Origin: Tubiluchus corallicola
Lineage: Eukaryota > Animalia > Priapulida
Assembly: GCA_030141605.1 (NCBI GenBank)
Contig: JAQGDQ010000087.1
Span: forward strand, 616,324 to 680,323
Length of the DNA: 64,000 nt
Direction of reading: 5' to 3'
Each line of letters starts with the position of its first letter. The first letter of the stretch is position 1. Shown piece by piece: positions 59,482-64,000 of this stretch. The translations under genes were made by a program, and so were the position numbers. The notes beneath the pieces are model-generated. The model did no database searches and was not told where the DNA came from. It was given only the letters and a program-made list of their open reading frames with translations.

Positions 59482-61572
59482 GTCTTTCTGAGTGTTTTCC
59501 CTGCTACTCCAATGCCGGGGAATAAAGCAACGTTTCAGAATCTGCGGTTGACATCAAGGCTTTGACACAAGCTTTCACGTGAAACAGGCTCTCAGACGAC
59601 TAACGCAGCTGATATGTATAATGGAATGAAATGGTGAGCCCTTCACGGCGCATATAGCAAGCCAATCACTACTTACTGAACCTGGCCGCTTACGACAATG
59701 GCCCTAGAACAAAGTGTGCTTGTTCCGCATCGACGTGTAAATGCAGAGAATAATAGCAATCTCAGCATGGCTTCCTGACCGCCTTACAGGTAATTATAGC
59801 ATAAGTGGGCTTCACTCATTACGTTTTTGCCGTCACATTTAACTCATTCTACACGGTGAAGTAATGTTTTAAAGCCGTCGTCGCTCACTGGCGTTGTACT
59901 TCCGACCCAGCTATTGCTGTCTCCTTCAAGCGATAAAGTTAAACTCAGCGAATAAACTTTAAACGCTAAATCAGCCGAGGAAGTGTCGTAATAAATTCTG
60001 CTTGTTAGACTTCGCACGATATCGTCCCTGGATGCCTCGTCTTCGCTTTCAGTCTGTCTAGTTTAGCTGATGTGTGTAATATATGTCTTGAACCTTACAC
60101 GGTTGTGAAGTACCTGCGCTGCGCCACCTGAATGTGAAAGCAATGCTTCTTATTTGACCAGTGCGCATGGCTTCTACGGTTGCAAGAGGATGTAGACTTG
60201 GTTATTTAAATAACGCATATTTGTCTGTAATTAATTACGATGGCGGTAATAATTCAGTTTTGTGTTTTTATCTTCTCGTCACGAACTTTATTAAACTTTT
60301 TATCATCGTAAAGTCTCCCATGTCACTTTTCAACGTCAAGCACATAATCTAAGGATTTTTTCTTCTAAACATTTTCTTTTCATCACGGTTCTCTTTTCTT
60401 TCTTTTGATAAGGTTAACACAACTTGAGATACGACAAAAATATATTACTAATTTATAAACTGGAGGCGCGGGAGCTGTTTGTTTACTGCTTTGTTACCTG
60501 CTTAATTCTTTTTTCATTCCTGCTTGCTGCTAAAAATGAGAAAAGAGTTCGTTCATCGATTTGTGGATTCATTTAGTCTCCTACAAATTCTTTTGTATTA
60601 TCAATGGAAAACTTTATCAGGTAACTTGATGATGACTTGAAAGTTTCCACCAGTAAATATCTGTTTGCCCTTTGGATAAGTTTAGATAAAGTCAATAATT
60701 AACGACAGATTGTATGTTAAGTCGAGAGTACTTGTTGGTTTAATTGTTCTCGTTTTGTGTGCATTAAATCCATTATATTCAAGCCTTAATGGTGTTCAAC
60801 ACACAAACATGTATTATATTCTGCAATATGGGTAACCTTTACAACCATAAGGATAGTTGACTGTCGACCTACAAACGCGTGACTAAGAAGGAAAATACAA
60901 ACATCATTTTAGTAACAATGAAGACTACAAGTTCCTAATTATATTAACGTGGTTATACAATAATTAATGTGATTGTGAGGCACTACTTTTCAGACGAATT
61001 TGTTTGGTGGATTGATAATGGTTAACACTAGGAACTTCTTTGACCGTTTTTCCGTTGTAGCTTGACATGGGGTTAAGCGGTTTTGCTGTCTTTTTTCATG
61101 ATTTATACTTACGCGTAGTTAAAGATTTGGAACTTTCATTCTGGAGCTGGATGTTTCGTGATAATCTCGTGGCAAAAACAAAATTCACGACAAGTTCCAT
61201 GTAACTTTATACCAAATTGATCAAGTCACACAAACTGACTTGGATTTCATGTCTTAGGTTTTTTTATGATTTCAAAACATTTCGACATACCCTAGAACAC
61301 ACCGACATTGAGTCATTGCTATTCTTGTCTTAGTAATATAAAGACCGTTTACACTGTAAATGAAATTACAATCAACACACTGGGCTTCATTCTCTAATTG
61401 CTTATTTGCCTCCAGCAAGAACTCAATTTTCTTTATAAGTTTTCTGCATCTTCTATTTATATACTGTGATTGTGATACGAAGAGTCTATTTCAACCTCAA
61501 ACGCGAATTTGGTTTGATTATTAGTCACCCGTTAATAAATCTCGTCATAAAAAGTTCACATTTAATACTTTT

Positions 61573-63249
61573 GAAGCTGTGTTTAATAGTTTTTTAGTGA
61601 CGTGATCGGAATTACAAGCCTTGACATTCTATTTCTATAAAACAGCCACAACTACAAGTTAAACTTCATATTGATTTTGCATGAGCGTGTACCTGCGTGC
61701 ATCCTATGCACATTGTCTGTTTCCCGTTAATCATTCTGAAGGTAATTTCAGCAAATTTACTGCAAAAAGTTGAGCCGATAGTAATTAGATACAAATACAA
61801 TTTTCGTTGATAATCGGCCTAGCTTGCTATTAAGTGAAATAATTAAAACAAGGAAATGAGACACCGTGTGTTATAAATATCGTATCAGCATTATGTTTAA
61901 GCCTTACAGACAAGAGAAAGAGGGTGTAAGATTTCTCCGTTTTATATTACGGCGTAACTAGCTTTTTTGCACAATTTATAATGCAGATTTTAAGTTTAGT
62001 TTTGCAAACATACTTTAATGATGTGAATAATAATCGCAAACTTGATAATGATTCATATTCATGTACCGGTAAACTTTTTTCGTGTTTTATTCTAGTTAAG
62101 TTAGCACATTTTTATATTTGCGTCTGAAAGTGATATACGCGGCGGGTCACCTTTAGAAGCCGTCAGTTTAATTGAAAGACGTAAGAGGAAGCCAACATCG
62201 AAATAGTAATGCATGCGCACATTTTAGGCTTTTGGCATTTAAGAGCCGACTTTATTCTGTCTGCACCTTGATTACGGGTGTCATATGTAACGTATTATTA
62301 AATTTAATTTATCAGTTTTCTTTTCGGCTAAATGTTATATGCAAATATATGGAAATATCAATAACTGGTGAATTTAAATTTTGTTTTATTTTGTTGTAGT
62401 AACAACTTATTTGTGAAATATGTAACAATGTTGTACTTTTGACATTTTGGAAATAAACTAAACTAAACTAAACTAAACCAAATAGCTTCTAGTGGCTCAT
62501 AAGGTGGAAAAGCGGGGGGGGGGGGTAAAATAAGACGGGAAGAAAGAAACAGTCAAAATATTTTACAAGCTGTACAGTCATGGCCCCATGGGGCATGTTA
62601 CACCTAATACATGAGTATATTGCTGGCGAGTATTTTCTGCATTATTCTCGTTAAACTTTTATAATGAGAGACGAAAGACGAGAAACATAAGTTAAGGGAA
62701 AAATTGTAATTTGTAGAATTATCGCATCAGTTACCATAATCTAATGGATTTCAAGATTTGTAACTATTTGGTCAAAGTTAGGTTGCAAGGTGAAGACTTG
62801 ACACTGACGTTTTGGCAACCGGGGAATCTTTTACTTGGACATTATTTGCTTGAGCTGCATTAAGTGCTTATCATATGACGTCCTTTGGGAAGAAGTTATG
62901 CGACGGCGAATAAAGTGGTTATTATGAAGTTTATCCATAGGAAGGAAACAGTGGCAGAAGCCAGGCAATGGTCTACGGTTATAACTAAATGGTTTTATGA
63001 AACAGTAATTATGGAAAACAAAATAATATTATTAAAAGCAATAGTTACTATAATAGTTAGCTTCTGACATTACAATTACTAGTTTAAACTAATTAAACTA
63101 CAGTATAACAAAAAGAAAGATTGGAATTGAGCTGAGTTTTTACGTCGCATCATTGCTTAATTGTATGCCACAGCATGCTTGCCTACTATAGGCTTCAGCG
63201 CATTCCTGCTGCAGGTTTCAACTCAATTCTTCTAGTATTCATCACGAGC
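61573..63249 (-). repeat. Segment B, inverted copy
   Basis: Reverse complement of 53172-54842; duplicated ORFs 62172-62399 and 62885-63067 mirror 54016-54243 and 53354-53536. Confidence 0.97.
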
Positions 63250-64000
63250 TCACACAACTGCATGACTGTTTAGTTAACTACCATTTGGCCATAGCTTACA
63301 CAACTGCATGGCTGTTTAGCTAACTTCTGCTTGGTTGTAGCTCACACAACTGCATGACTGTTTAGGTAACTTCTGTTCAGACAGTTTAGAGATTCTATTA
63401 AATATCATAAGTTAATAAGGCGCTTAGAAGTATTTTAGAAGTATGAGCGTTATGTCTACAGGGAAAAACCAAGAAAGCAGCGTAATGGCAAAGCAAATTG
63501 TTATTGTGGAGTCTAAAAAATAATGAAAGGTGAGTTGCTGTGATGAAAGAATTCTATGGCGTAGAAGTTTCTGAAACTGAAGCATTCGTTGTTAGGTACA
63601 TGGTAGTTTTCATTTTTTACAAATACTGCATTTCCCATGCCCTGTGGTGTGCGCTCGTGATGAATACTAGAAGAATTGAGTTGAAACCTGCAGCAGGAAT
63701 GCGCTGAAGCCTATAGTAGGCAAGCATGCTGTGGCATACAATTAAGCAATGATGCGACGTAAAAACTCAGCTCAATTCCAATCTTTCTTTTTGTTATACT
63801 GTAGTTTAATTAGTTTAAACTAGTAATTGTAATGTCAGAAGCTAACTATTATAGTAACTATTGCTTTTAATAATATTATTTTGTTTTCCATAATTACTGT
63901 TTCATAAAACCATTTAGTTATAACCGTAGACCATTGCCTGGCTTCTGCCACTGTTTCCTTCCTATGGATAAACTTCATAATAACCACTTTATTCGCCGTC
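63247..64000 (+). repeat. Direct copy of 52766-53519 (segment A plus start of B), running off the window
   Basis: Constant offset of 10481 bp; differences seen: C52854/T63335 and A53228/G63709. Confidence 0.97.

Noticed and set aside
61573-63249. Segment B pair as terminal inverted repeats of a large transposon (e.g. Polinton) carrying the RKxS exon
   Set aside because: No transposase, integrase or polymerase between the arms, no TSD seen, and a third direct copy with segment A fits an inverted triplication better.

Overview
AT-rich, microsatellite- and transposon-rich animal (invertebrate) genomic DNA with spliceosomal introns; no prokaryotic features, CRISPR array, tRNA or intact rRNA seen. 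Three protein-coding genes can be built by hand. (1) The 3' exon of a RERG/RASL11/12-type Ras GTPase with no CAAX box (1-618, +). (2) A complete 8-coding-exon gene (5145-12108, +) for a ~336-aa secreted Tyr/His-rich six-EGF protein, architecturally like mussel foot protein-2. (3) A ~27-kb minus-strand gene (ATG 59481) for an unrecognised protein with eight regularly spaced R-[RK]-x-S motifs, apparently spliced via two tiny exons (19 and 41 nt) that are frame-neutral only together. The right end has an A-B-C-B(inv)-A-B arrangement (DUP-TRP/INV-DUP-like) with imperfect homology at one junction, predicted to duplicate that gene's promoter and first exon; an assembly artefact is not excluded. Also present: a palindrome with two minimal Penelope-type hammerhead ribozyme motifs (45179-45326), a rod-like hairpin insert between 62-bp direct repeats (21173-21538), 5S-derived SINE fragments, four LINE remnants and several MITEs. 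Gene models come from manual splice-site and frame analysis only; no searches were run.
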